Part shown: positions 46,349 through 53,665 of the stretch, piece by piece
Numbering within the stretch: position 1 is the first letter of the stretch
How the letters are laid out: each line of letters starts with the position of its first letter
Assembly (NCBI GenBank): GCA_943353835.1
Contig: CALRBA010000002.1
Coordinates: 1-62,529, forward strand
Direction of reading: 5' to 3'
Origin: Candidatus Nomurabacteria bacterium
Lineage (GTDB): Bacteria > Patescibacteriota > Minisyncoccia > Phycocordibacterales > Phycocordibacteraceae
Length of the DNA stretch: 62,529 bases
Program-made: the position numbers and the translations under genes
Notes under the pieces: model-generated
The model's database searches: none
Told to the model about the DNA's origin: nothing
Seen by the model: the letters and a program-made list of their open reading frames with translations, nothing else

Positions 46349-46711
46349 CTACTGCCCGAAGCGCAACATCCGCTTAATAGCGGCTCCGCCACGCTTCCAG
46401 AGCTTTCTCGCGCGACCACGAGATTTACGAATTTCTGATTCAAGCTCGCTCCTTACTCTGTCTGCGGCGCTCTCTGGAGAGGGCTTCACCGCTTCGGCGT
46501 GATAGACCTGACCGTCAACAACGAGTCGCGCGACGAGACGACAAGGTTTGGACGAACGCCCCTCTGATGGAGCCTGTTCAATCTCTATTTCAAGTAATGC
46601 ATTATCTCCTTTTTCTCCAAGCAGACGGAGCGGGGCTACAAGCTTCTCTTCAATAATCGCTTCTGTCTCTGGAGAAAGCCTGTACTTCGTCGCATTGATT
46701 GTGATGTTCAT
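46349..46711 (-). CDS. Ribosome hibernation factor (HPF/RaiA-like, short form)
   Basis: MNITINATKYRLSPETEAIIEEKL start and length (~120 aa) fit the sigma-54 modulation/HPF family. Confidence 0.6.
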   Translation of the reverse strand: MNITINATKYRLSPETEAIIEEKLVAPLRLLGEKGDNALLEIEIEQAPSEGRSSKPCRLVARLVVDGQVYHAEAVKPSPESAADRVRSELESEIRKSRGRARKLWKRGGAAIKRMLRFGQ

Positions 46712-46722
46712 AGTGCAAAAAA

Positions 46723-46962
46723 TTAGTGTTTAGGATATTGTGCTCGCAGATACGCGATTATGTCGCCCGATTCGTACATTTCCACACCGTGTTCGCTGTC
46801 CACGAGATACGGCACTTGCCTTTTCCCTCCGCGCGCGACAAGCTCTGTCGCCACAGCGTCATCTGCGATATTCTTCTCTTCAAATTCAATTCCCAATTCC
46901 TTCCCCGTGTTCAGTACTTTCGCGCAAAACGGACATCCTGTTTTTACATAGAGTGTAAGCAT
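46723..46962 (-). CDS. Glutaredoxin-like protein
   Basis: 79 aa. CPFC active site at the N-terminus. Thioredoxin-fold length. Confidence 0.75.
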   Translation of the reverse strand: MLTLYVKTGCPFCAKVLNTGKELGIEFEEKNIADDAVATELVARGGKRQVPYLVDSEHGVEMYESGDIIAYLRAQYPKH

Positions 46963-47041
46963 TTGATAAGTATAGCAGATACGCTAGAATGCATTCACGC
47001 ATCTCCGCCAGCTGGCGGATCGCGACGCGCGTTAGTGACAT

Positions 47042-47113
47042 TCCGCGGTAGCTCAGTGGTAGAGCGGCTCCCTGTTAAGGAGTTGGTCGTAGGTTCGAAT
47101 CCTACCCGCGGAG
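47042..47113 (+). tRNA. tRNA-Asn (anticodon GUU), no encoded CCA
   Basis: Manual cloverleaf: acceptor TCCGCGG/CCGCGGA, D stem GCTC/GAGC, anticodon loop CTGTTAA, T arm GTAGG-TTCGAAT-CCTAC. Confidence 0.9.
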
Positions 47114-48703
47114 CAAGACAGGATTTTTAGAGTAGAGTTCGTCCAAATCACTAGCATTTAAGCCGTTACTTAGCGGTTCGAACCTATCGTTGATTTCTCG
47201 TGCAACCGGCGCGGCTGTTTCGAGGCGTTTAAGAGAGTCCGGTAGCAAAACACTGAATACTTTGTTGAAAAGCTGGAGGTTCGAACCAAGAGCATAAAGA
47301 ATCTCTTTTTTCTTCGCCAGCGTACCATTCTTAAATTCTGAAGCTGCTCGCTCTGCAAAGGCGAGATGTTTCTCGACATCATCAAGCCAACTATCAAAGC
47401 GACCATGCGCATCGTTCAGTAATTCCTCGGCCCGCGCCTTCTCTTGCGTCAGAATTCCTTTCCGGTGCGTAAACTCCTCTGCAGTAATCTCACCGGCGGC
47501 TCGTAGATCAATCAGGTTATCGAGCTTCTTGGCTATCTGGTCGTACTCCTTTCGCTGTCCTGTCATAATCTTCTCCCGAGTCTCTGCCTCTCCCTTATTC
47601 TGCTCTCGCAAGACGCTCATTGCCCATGTACGGAAAGAAGGCGGGATTTCAATTCGTCCGAGAACCGTGGCTATCTGCTTCTCCAACGTTGCTTCTTCAA
47701 TAACTTTCTGGCTACATTTAACTTCCTTCCGCTTCGTGCAGTGATAGTAAATATAATTATGAACCTTTCCATTCTTCTGCCGCTTCAGCTTATGTTCAGC
47801 CGTAATCATCGCTCCGCACTCTCCACAGAAGATTGGGCCTCGCAGAGCAAAATCATATTCCTTTGGACGCGTCGATACCTTACCTAAAAGAAACTGGATC
47901 TTGTCGAACTCTTCGCGCGTAATCATTGGCTCATGATTTCCGTGATGCAAAGTTCCTTTCGGATATTCAAAATCGCCATAATAAAAAGGGTCACTAAAAA
48001 TCCTATATACCGTGGCTCGTGCTATTTTATTTCCCTGCCGTGTCGTCAGTCCCCATTTTCCACTAGCAACCTCCCATACCTTTTGAGGGTTGTATTGACC
48101 CGTCAGCATCAAGTCCCACATCTTCCGCACTAACGGGAATCGCTCTGCATCTACAATTATTTCTTTCTCGCCTTTGAACTTGAGAGGGTTGGACATGTAG
48201 CCGATGGTCGCGTAGGTCGGATACCATCCTCGCTCCGCTTTTGCTCTCAAACCACGCTTTGTATCAACGCTTAAATCACGAATGAACTGATTGGCCATGC
48301 CAAGCTCAACGGCCATCATAAGAACATTGTCAGTCGAGTAGTAAGCCCTTCCGAAGGTCTGAATTTGCCTCAAGACGCCCTGTTGGAGCATCCAGCTTAT
48401 CTGGCCACCGTCGATAGGGTTGCGGGCCAAACGGTTGAGTTTCCAGCATAGAATCCCATCCGCTTCTCCTGCCTGAACCCGCATCAGCATCTGATTAAAG
48501 ACTGGACGACCTGGACCCTTGGCGGACTGCGATTCCGAAAATCTATCCACCACCTCTAAACCCATTTCGTCAGCAATCTTCTGAAGCTCTGCAATTTGTG
48601 AATCAATAGAGGCCATCTGCCGGTCTTCACTTTCCGAGGACTTTCGGGCGTACAGGAAATATCGCACCTTCTCTCGTCCTGCATCCATCTTCATATACCT
48701 CAT
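47102..48703 (-). CDS. Large serine recombinase (integrase)
   Basis: Resolvase catalytic domain (YARKSSESEDRQ..., CWKLNRLARN), recombinase domain, zinc ribbon (CGECG...YYHC) and C-terminal coiled coil. 533 aa. Confidence 0.9.
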   Translation of the reverse strand: MRYMKMDAGREKVRYFLYARKSSESEDRQMASIDSQIAELQKIADEMGLEVVDRFSESQSAKGPGRPVFNQMLMRVQAGEADGILCWKLNRLARNPIDGGQISWMLQQGVLRQIQTFGRAYYSTDNVLMMAVELGMANQFIRDLSVDTKRGLRAKAERGWYPTYATIGYMSNPLKFKGEKEIIVDAERFPLVRKMWDLMLTGQYNPQKVWEVASGKWGLTTRQGNKIARATVYRIFSDPFYYGDFEYPKGTLHHGNHEPMITREEFDKIQFLLGKVSTRPKEYDFALRGPIFCGECGAMITAEHKLKRQKNGKVHNYIYYHCTKRKEVKCSQKVIEEATLEKQIATVLGRIEIPPSFRTWAMSVLREQNKGEAETREKIMTGQRKEYDQIAKKLDNLIDLRAAGEITAEEFTHRKGILTQEKARAEELLNDAHGRFDSWLDDVEKHLAFAERAASEFKNGTLAKKKEILYALGSNLQLFNKVFSVLLPDSLKRLETAAPVAREINDRFEPLSNGLNASDLDELYSKNPVLLRG

Positions 48704-48888
48704 ATGGTACCGCTAATTTGCCTCCCAGAGACGAGTTTCCCCTTCCACCCCTCAGGCGCATATACCGCTTCCACAAGCCTTACAATCGTCGTCCCGAGCC
48801 TCTCTGCCTCCTTCCTATCCAGATCCACGCCGTACTCAGCTCTATAGAGAGCTATAAGTTCATCGAGGCGAGAATCCGAGATCTTCAT
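48700..48888 (-). CDS. Small hypothetical protein (62 aa), translationally coupled to the recombinase
   Basis: ATGA overlap with the recombinase start. Helical. Could be an accessory or directionality factor, but this is speculative. Confidence 0.45.
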   Translation of the reverse strand: MKISDSRLDELIALYRAEYGVDLDRKEAERLGTTIVRLVEAVYAPEGWKGKLVSGRQISGTI

Positions 48889-48912
48889 ACTCCTAACTTT
48901 TCTCCTGCTTCC

Positions 48913-50277
48913 TTAGAAAGGAATGTCCTCGGGACGAATATCCATCTCCGTCTTGTCTACATCTGTAGTAACGTTCACAATGTTCACGTCATTCACTTCG
49001 CCTTTGATATCAAAGTCTGTGATTCCAAGCCGTTCTTTCCAGAGATCAATACGTTCTTGATTTCTCGAAATTGACAAGCAAAATCCACGACTAGTTCGAT
49101 CTGCTTTCAAATGTAGCCTAGCGCGAAGAATCCAGCCCACTTTCTTTGCGCTTACTGACTCACCGCTCTCCCAATCCAGATTCATCTCTTTCGCAATCTC
49201 TTTAACTAGAACCCCATCGATCTCCGTTTTCTCGTGAATACGTAAGAGCGCGATAATAGCTTCAGACTCCCAAGAAAGTGCGCGATCGGCGATTAGTTCT
49301 TTGTGATAACGCCTGACATGCTCTAAAAGCGTCTCCTGAATCTCTGGGTCTGGCATAACAGCCAGTAAGGGAATGATTATTTGTTGGAGACGTGGGTGAA
49401 GTCCCTCAATTGGCTTGTCCTCGAAAACTAGTGGGTTCCGATAGTTACGAAAGCGCCACGTGAGGAGTTTATTCCGGAGTTCCCGTGCCTCCTCCCAAAA
49501 GCCATCATCTAGACGTATAGGGATGTCAGCACGTAATTTCACCCGCCCCATATCTTCTATGAGAAAGCGGCTCTCTAAGGCTTGGTCATCAAAATTATGC
49601 CTCGTAGCAACGATTTTGGGGCCATATACGTCATAGCTCTTCACGTTGAACGCTCCTTTACCGTTACCTTCTGAACGCAAAACCGCTGTGCCTCTCTGGT
49701 ATCCCGTATTGAGTATCTTTACAAGATCGTTTTTTGCATCGCTGAAGTTCAGATCGGCCTCATCGAGAATTAACGTACCATGCACTTGGTCCAGGATGCG
49801 GAATATCGGGGATGTCGTCGTCGCGCCTGCGGTAAAGATTGGTCGATAGCAGATGGAACCAATCACTTGGAGGAATCGACTTTTGCCACTGCCATAATCA
49901 CCTCGCGCACGTAGATAGGGAAGTTCATTAAGGCGATCATAAATCCATGACAAAAATACATACTGGGTAGCAATTCGTTCAAATGCGGGAGAAATATCTA
50001 CCCGCTTATGAATGAAGGCTTGGATTTCCTCAAGCAATTCTTTGTTCGTGCCATATTCCGCCGCTCGAGAAGGAAAGAGGACTACATTTTTGGCAACTAT
50101 ATCGCTACAAGCATCGAGAGGATAAACCTCTCCGTCTGCTGTGCTGATTGATGGGGCGTGCTGTGCTTTTCCATTCTGATAAATGTAGAAACCAGTTTCC
50201 TTGAGTATTGGGTCGTAGATGGTTTCGGCGATTAAGTCGGTTTGAACAACTGAAGCCTTATGGTTTTTCTTTTTCAT
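48913..50277 (-). CDS. P-loop NTPase, phage/plasmid replication-associated type (DUF3631/primase-C-like)
   Basis: Walker A GDYGSGKS, Walker B LILDEADL, and a C-terminal winged-helix-like segment. 454 aa. Confidence 0.6.
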   Translation of the reverse strand: MKKKNHKASVVQTDLIAETIYDPILKETGFYIYQNGKAQHAPSISTADGEVYPLDACSDIVAKNVVLFPSRAAEYGTNKELLEEIQAFIHKRVDISPAFERIATQYVFLSWIYDRLNELPYLRARGDYGSGKSRFLQVIGSICYRPIFTAGATTTSPIFRILDQVHGTLILDEADLNFSDAKNDLVKILNTGYQRGTAVLRSEGNGKGAFNVKSYDVYGPKIVATRHNFDDQALESRFLIEDMGRVKLRADIPIRLDDGFWEEARELRNKLLTWRFRNYRNPLVFEDKPIEGLHPRLQQIIIPLLAVMPDPEIQETLLEHVRRYHKELIADRALSWESEAIIALLRIHEKTEIDGVLVKEIAKEMNLDWESGESVSAKKVGWILRARLHLKADRTSRGFCLSISRNQERIDLWKERLGITDFDIKGEVNDVNIVNVTTDVDKTEMDIRPEDIPF

Positions 50278-50279
50278 AT

Positions 50280-50335
50280 ATCCATCGCGTGTCCTGTGGT
50301 CGCTCTAGGTGGCGATGGATTCACTTCACCTAGAG
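50280..50335 (-). promoter_or_regulatory. Interleaved 9-bp inverted repeats in the 5' leader of the P-loop gene
   Basis: ATCCATCGC (50280-88) pairs with GCGATGGAT (50312-20). CTCTAGGTG (50303-11) pairs with CACCTAGAG (50327-35). The topology allows a pseudoknot or two alternative hairpins. Confidence 0.5.
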
Positions 50336-50395
50336 CTGCCGCAAGAAACAAGAGTTAGTGATTAAAGTGGACTTACTTATGCACCCCGCGTCCCC

Positions 50396-50454
50396 ATAAA
50401 AAACGAGACGGCAATCGTTGGAAAGATTTCTCTTTCGCTACGATTGCCGTCTCG
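50396..50454 (-). terminator. Intrinsic terminator after the 95-aa gene
   Basis: Perfect 16-bp inverted repeat ACGAGACGGCAATCGT/ACGATTGCCGTCTCGT with a 21-nt loop, followed on the minus strand by UUUUAU. Confidence 0.6.
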
Positions 50455-50546
50455 TGTCGAGGTTCGGGCGGAACTTATCGGGGGTGTTGTTTAAACTATA
50501 TCACTCACGAATATCAAATCAAGATTTCATCCACATGTGGAGAGCC

Positions 50547-50834
50547 CTAGGGCGTACTTTCAGAGAGGTTCGCTAGGCTCATAATCGGTGGCGGCAGGAT
50601 GGGCGTTCCACGAGGGCCACTAATCTCCGTGGCTTGTACTGCCTTGCCCCACGACCGGTCAAATAGCTCCTTAGCGGCCGCTACATCCCCATTCTTGGCC
50701 TTAATGATCAGTGCCTGTGCAATGGGCTGAATTTCCCTCATTGTCATCTCGGCGAACAGCTTTCGCGCCTCCTCGGAGCTCTTAGCTGCGAAGCCCTTTT
50801 TGCGCCCTGCACCTGGTCTGTAGCCGCCTTTCAT
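50547..50834 (-). CDS. Small basic protein with N-terminal GGYRPGAGRKKG motif (phage-type DNA-binding?)
   Basis: 95 aa. The N-terminal Gly/Arg/Lys motif is common in small phage DNA-binding or terminase-small-like proteins. It has its own promoter and terminator. Confidence 0.5.
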   Translation of the reverse strand: MKGGYRPGAGRKKGFAAKSSEEARKLFAEMTMREIQPIAQALIIKAKNGDVAAAKELFDRSWGKAVQATEISGPRGTPILPPPIMSLANLSESTP

Positions 50835-50933
50835 GATGGATAAGAATCAATGGATTCAATGCCTTTATTATACGCTTTCTCAGCCAAAATGCTCGATTTC
50901 TGTGGATGAAAGTGGGGTGCAGCGCACTGGTTA

Positions 50934-51107
50934 CCCGCCACAACGTCATTCTCCTGTGCTATGGTTTGACACAGAAGAGCCTAAACCTTCTTGCGTTGGC
51001 AAGGGCATGGTTCGAAATCGCAGAACACAGAAACCCCGTCATCAGGGGCGTGTTCTGCGTTATAGGGGGAAACTCCTATAGGGCCGCAAGGCCCACCTGG
51101 TGGCGGG
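50934..51107 (+). ncRNA. Candidate structured RNA domain (five hairpins closed by a long-range helix), family unknown
   Basis: CCCGCCAC (50934-41) pairs with GTGGCGGG (51100-07). Inside this helix: CTCCTGTG/CACAGaaGAG; CTTGC-GTTG-GCAAG; CGCAGAACAC...GTGTTCTGCG with an inner CCCC-gtcatca-GGGG; TATAGGGG-GAAA-CTCCTATA; GGGCC-GCAA-GGCCC. The GNRA loops read correctly only on the + strand. Confidence 0.5.
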
Positions 51108-51157
51108 ATTTGTGTTCCTATACAAAACCTCCTCAGGCTTTATTTAATAGATTGAAA

Positions 51158-52213
51158 ATGAATATGAAAAAAATTCTACCAGTGCTTGTCATCCCGTTTT
51201 TCATGTTGCCGTCAATATCGTTTGCTGCGGCTCTCACCCCGCAACAGTCGTCTAGCCTCATTGCTGTTGTTCAGTCATCCCCAGGTACACCGGCAAGTGC
51301 TTTCGTTTCTCTCATAACTGCTTTCTCGAACATAACGACAGTTCAGGCCGCTAGTCTCATCACAGTTATTCAAGCAGCTCCTAGTGTACCCGCGAAAGCT
51401 TTTGTAGATCTTCTAACTTCTTTTACTATCGACGCAGCAACACAAGTAACGAGTCAGGCGATGACTCCAACAACACAAAATCCGACAGTGCCGGCAATAG
51501 CTGTGCAGTCAACGCAGTCAGCAACGCCAGCAGCTCCAGCAACTCCTTCTTCGTCAACAACTCCAGCAGTACCAGCAACACCAGCGGTACCCGCAAACCC
51601 ACAACCTACAACCCAAGCACCAACAAGCCCAACGACCCTTCTGCAAGATAGTTTTGATTCCTACACAGATGGAACCTTATTGGGTCAAGGCGGATGGCAG
51701 AACTATTCCAGCGGACAAAATTTTATCGTGCGAAGTGCCACTACTTCTGCGGGTACAGTCGTTGTGTACAATAACTCTATTGGAGACAGTGTTATCTCAA
51801 AAGACGGTGTGTACTTACCAGATGGCAAACAAGCGGTGTACATCAAAACAGAAAACAGATTAAATTGGGGTGCATATGGAGATGGAAATGCACAGGTACG
51901 TATATCGCAAGGAAAATCCTTTGCTTCTGATATTTTTGCTTCTGTTTCTTTCAAGAAAGACGGGAACGTTGCTTATTACGACTCCAGTTACATGTATCAA
52001 AACTTTGCGACTTACAACGACAATGAATGGACTCTCCTAGAAATCCAATGGCGTTCGAGTGATAAGAAAGTGAGATATAGAGTCAATGAAGGTGTATGGA
52101 CAGACTGGTTGATGTTCAAAGGAGCATCTGCTTTCACTGGCTTTAACAATCTTGGATTCGACTTCTACCTACCAAGTGGTTCAGGCGGAGTTTACTACGA
52201 TAATCTTCACTAA
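51158..52213 (+). CDS. Secreted protein: signal peptide, two ~30-aa repeats, Pro/Thr/Ala linker, C-terminal beta-rich (LamG/lectin-like) domain
   Basis: MNMKKILPVLVIPFFMLPSISFAAA signal peptide. Repeats SSLIAVVQSSPGTPASAFVSLITAFS and ASLITVIQAAPSVPAKAFVDLLTSFT. PT-rich linker. The upstream part of the 435-aa ORF is discounted. Confidence 0.7.
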   Translation: MNMKKILPVLVIPFFMLPSISFAAALTPQQSSSLIAVVQSSPGTPASAFVSLITAFSNITTVQAASLITVIQAAPSVPAKAFVDLLTSFTIDAATQVTSQAMTPTTQNPTVPAIAVQSTQSATPAAPATPSSSTTPAVPATPAVPANPQPTTQAPTSPTTLLQDSFDSYTDGTLLGQGGWQNYSSGQNFIVRSATTSAGTVVVYNNSIGDSVISKDGVYLPDGKQAVYIKTENRLNWGAYGDGNAQVRISQGKSFASDIFASVSFKKDGNVAYYDSSYMYQNFATYNDNEWTLLEIQWRSSDKKVRYRVNEGVWTDWLMFKGASAFTGFNNLGFDFYLPSGSGGVYYDNLH

Positions 52214-52295
52214 CTCATCTTCGTCGAAACGTGATAGCCATTCGAGGCGCTAGATTGTCTTTAAATCTATCTCGGGAGTAGAATGCGGGTGAAGT

Positions 52296-53450
52296 ATGAA
52301 AGCGATTAAAGAGCTACAAGAAGATATCGAGAAATTGAATGTGGAAAACCTAGCCTTTCATAAAAGTTATGAAAATCGAACTGGTCACGGCTGGGCGCAA
52401 TGGAGTGAATATCAAAAGTGGATCAATTTCAATGTCGGAACGCTAGACAGTATTCAGACTTTAGTTAAGGAGCACCGTTATCGAGACTGCTATATTCTGA
52501 TTCGCCCCGTTCTGGAAGCATACCTACTTATTAAATTATCAATGCTCGGTAATACGATCTTTTTTGACCTGCTTCCAAAAAAGAACGGGAAGGTAATGGA
52601 ATCTAAAGAGGAGCTACTCGCAAGGGCAAAGAACGATCCTGAATTAAAAAAAGCGGACGTAGTGAAAATGAAATTGATTAAAGATGAGAGTGGTTATAGA
52701 GTTCGGATTTTATTTCGCGAGAAACCAGTTGGGGGCTCGCGCGAATTCGTCCCACGCCATTATTTCTTTGCTAAAGAATATGACCCTGATACTCAGTATT
52801 TGAGCGATTTAATTCTGAAAAATCAATGGCACGGAATAAAATATCCTACAAAAGACCACAAGAAAAAGAATCGTGATATTCAGAGAAACTTTCTTCGCAT
52901 AGGTGCTCTGCTCGATTTCTTTAGCGTAAAAAAGTTTGCATCTCCAAGAGAGCGCCAAGCAATTTTTGTACACTATAGTTATCTGAGCAAATTTACTCAT
53001 TCAACTGTTAGAGCATACGACTCGTTGGCTAAAAACCATAATGGATCGAACCCCTCAAATCTAGAATCCTTGTTTAAGAAAAATACCTTGCATGAGTTAC
53101 TCATCCTGCTTTATTGTGCCTTCCTTTCTCTTTACTTTTTAAAACTTCAACTTGACTATTTTGGGAGAGAATCAGATCTGGTCATTAGGGCGAAACGCAG
53201 GAAAGAGATTAGAGAACTTACAAAAGCAATAGAAGATAAATACTCATTCTTTTGGTTTATTTACAATAAGCCACATACGTTCGATCTTTGGCAGTACCAA
53301 TCCAAAAGAGAGATATCGCAGAACGCCAATAAAAAAATTCCTATTCCTTATTACGTAGATCCATATCATCGTCTAGAGGGCTTGATGTCGACCTGGAGCA
53401 ACCCTATCTTAGGCAGACACGAGCCACCCCCAATCCTTAGAGCTGAATGA
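52296..53450 (+). CDS. Hypothetical cytoplasmic helical protein (384 aa), possible Abi-like/DUF5677-like
   Basis: Lys-rich and AT-rich. Contains IRPVLEAYLLIKL and YSYLSKFTHST, reminiscent of the R..xE and Y..LS...H helices of AbiV-type proteins. Assignment from memory only. Confidence 0.6.
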   Translation: MKAIKELQEDIEKLNVENLAFHKSYENRTGHGWAQWSEYQKWINFNVGTLDSIQTLVKEHRYRDCYILIRPVLEAYLLIKLSMLGNTIFFDLLPKKNGKVMESKEELLARAKNDPELKKADVVKMKLIKDESGYRVRILFREKPVGGSREFVPRHYFFAKEYDPDTQYLSDLILKNQWHGIKYPTKDHKKKNRDIQRNFLRIGALLDFFSVKKFASPRERQAIFVHYSYLSKFTHSTVRAYDSLAKNHNGSNPSNLESLFKKNTLHELLILLYCAFLSLYFLKLQLDYFGRESDLVIRAKRRKEIRELTKAIEDKYSFFWFIYNKPHTFDLWQYQSKREISQNANKKIPIPYYVDPYHRLEGLMSTWSNPILGRHEPPPILRAE

Positions 53451-53632
53451 GTAAGGTCTGATAATTACATTTAAGAAAAAATTTGTGAGAGCGTATATCC
53501 ATCGGTTCGACAACATCGGCTGACTGGCATGGTGGGGTCTGCCAATTAGTCTGAGTCGCTCAGAAATAGCTGTGAACATGTGTACATAATGAACATCATT
53601 CCTGCAGTAAAAGGTCGACTTCTCTACGCAAC

Positions 53633-53665
53633 AGAGGTTCGAACATCCTCTATCCAGCGGAGCCA
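53633..53665 (+). other. Degenerate tRNA 3'-half-like fragment (candidate attR or old att remnant)
   Basis: AGAGGTTCGAACATCCTCTATCCAGCGGAGCCA shares AGGTTCGAA and GCGGAGC with the T arm and acceptor of tRNA-Asn (GTAGGTTCGAATCCTACCCGCGGAGCA). No complete tRNA can be folded here. Confidence 0.4.

Larger units (their letters stand above)
47102..53665. mobile_element. Putative integrated element (~6.5 kb) at the 3' end of tRNA-Asn
   Basis: A large serine recombinase abuts and overlaps the tRNA. Cargo consists of non-housekeeping genes. A degenerate tRNA-3'-like fragment lies at the far end (53633-53665), immediately before the truB-like gene. The right boundary is uncertain. Confidence 0.65.

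Noticed and set aside
51019-51059. Hammerhead ribozyme core (CUGAUGA on the minus strand of the CCCC-gtcatca-GGGG hairpin)
   Set aside because: CUGAUGA sits in a hairpin loop rather than between stems I and II. No GAAA or cleavage-site arrangement exists around it.
50833-51157. ORFs 50833-51081 and the 84-codon N-terminal extension of ORF 50906-52213
   Set aside because: A clear signal peptide begins at ATG 51158. The upstream codons run through GC-rich hairpins and give an implausible peptide.
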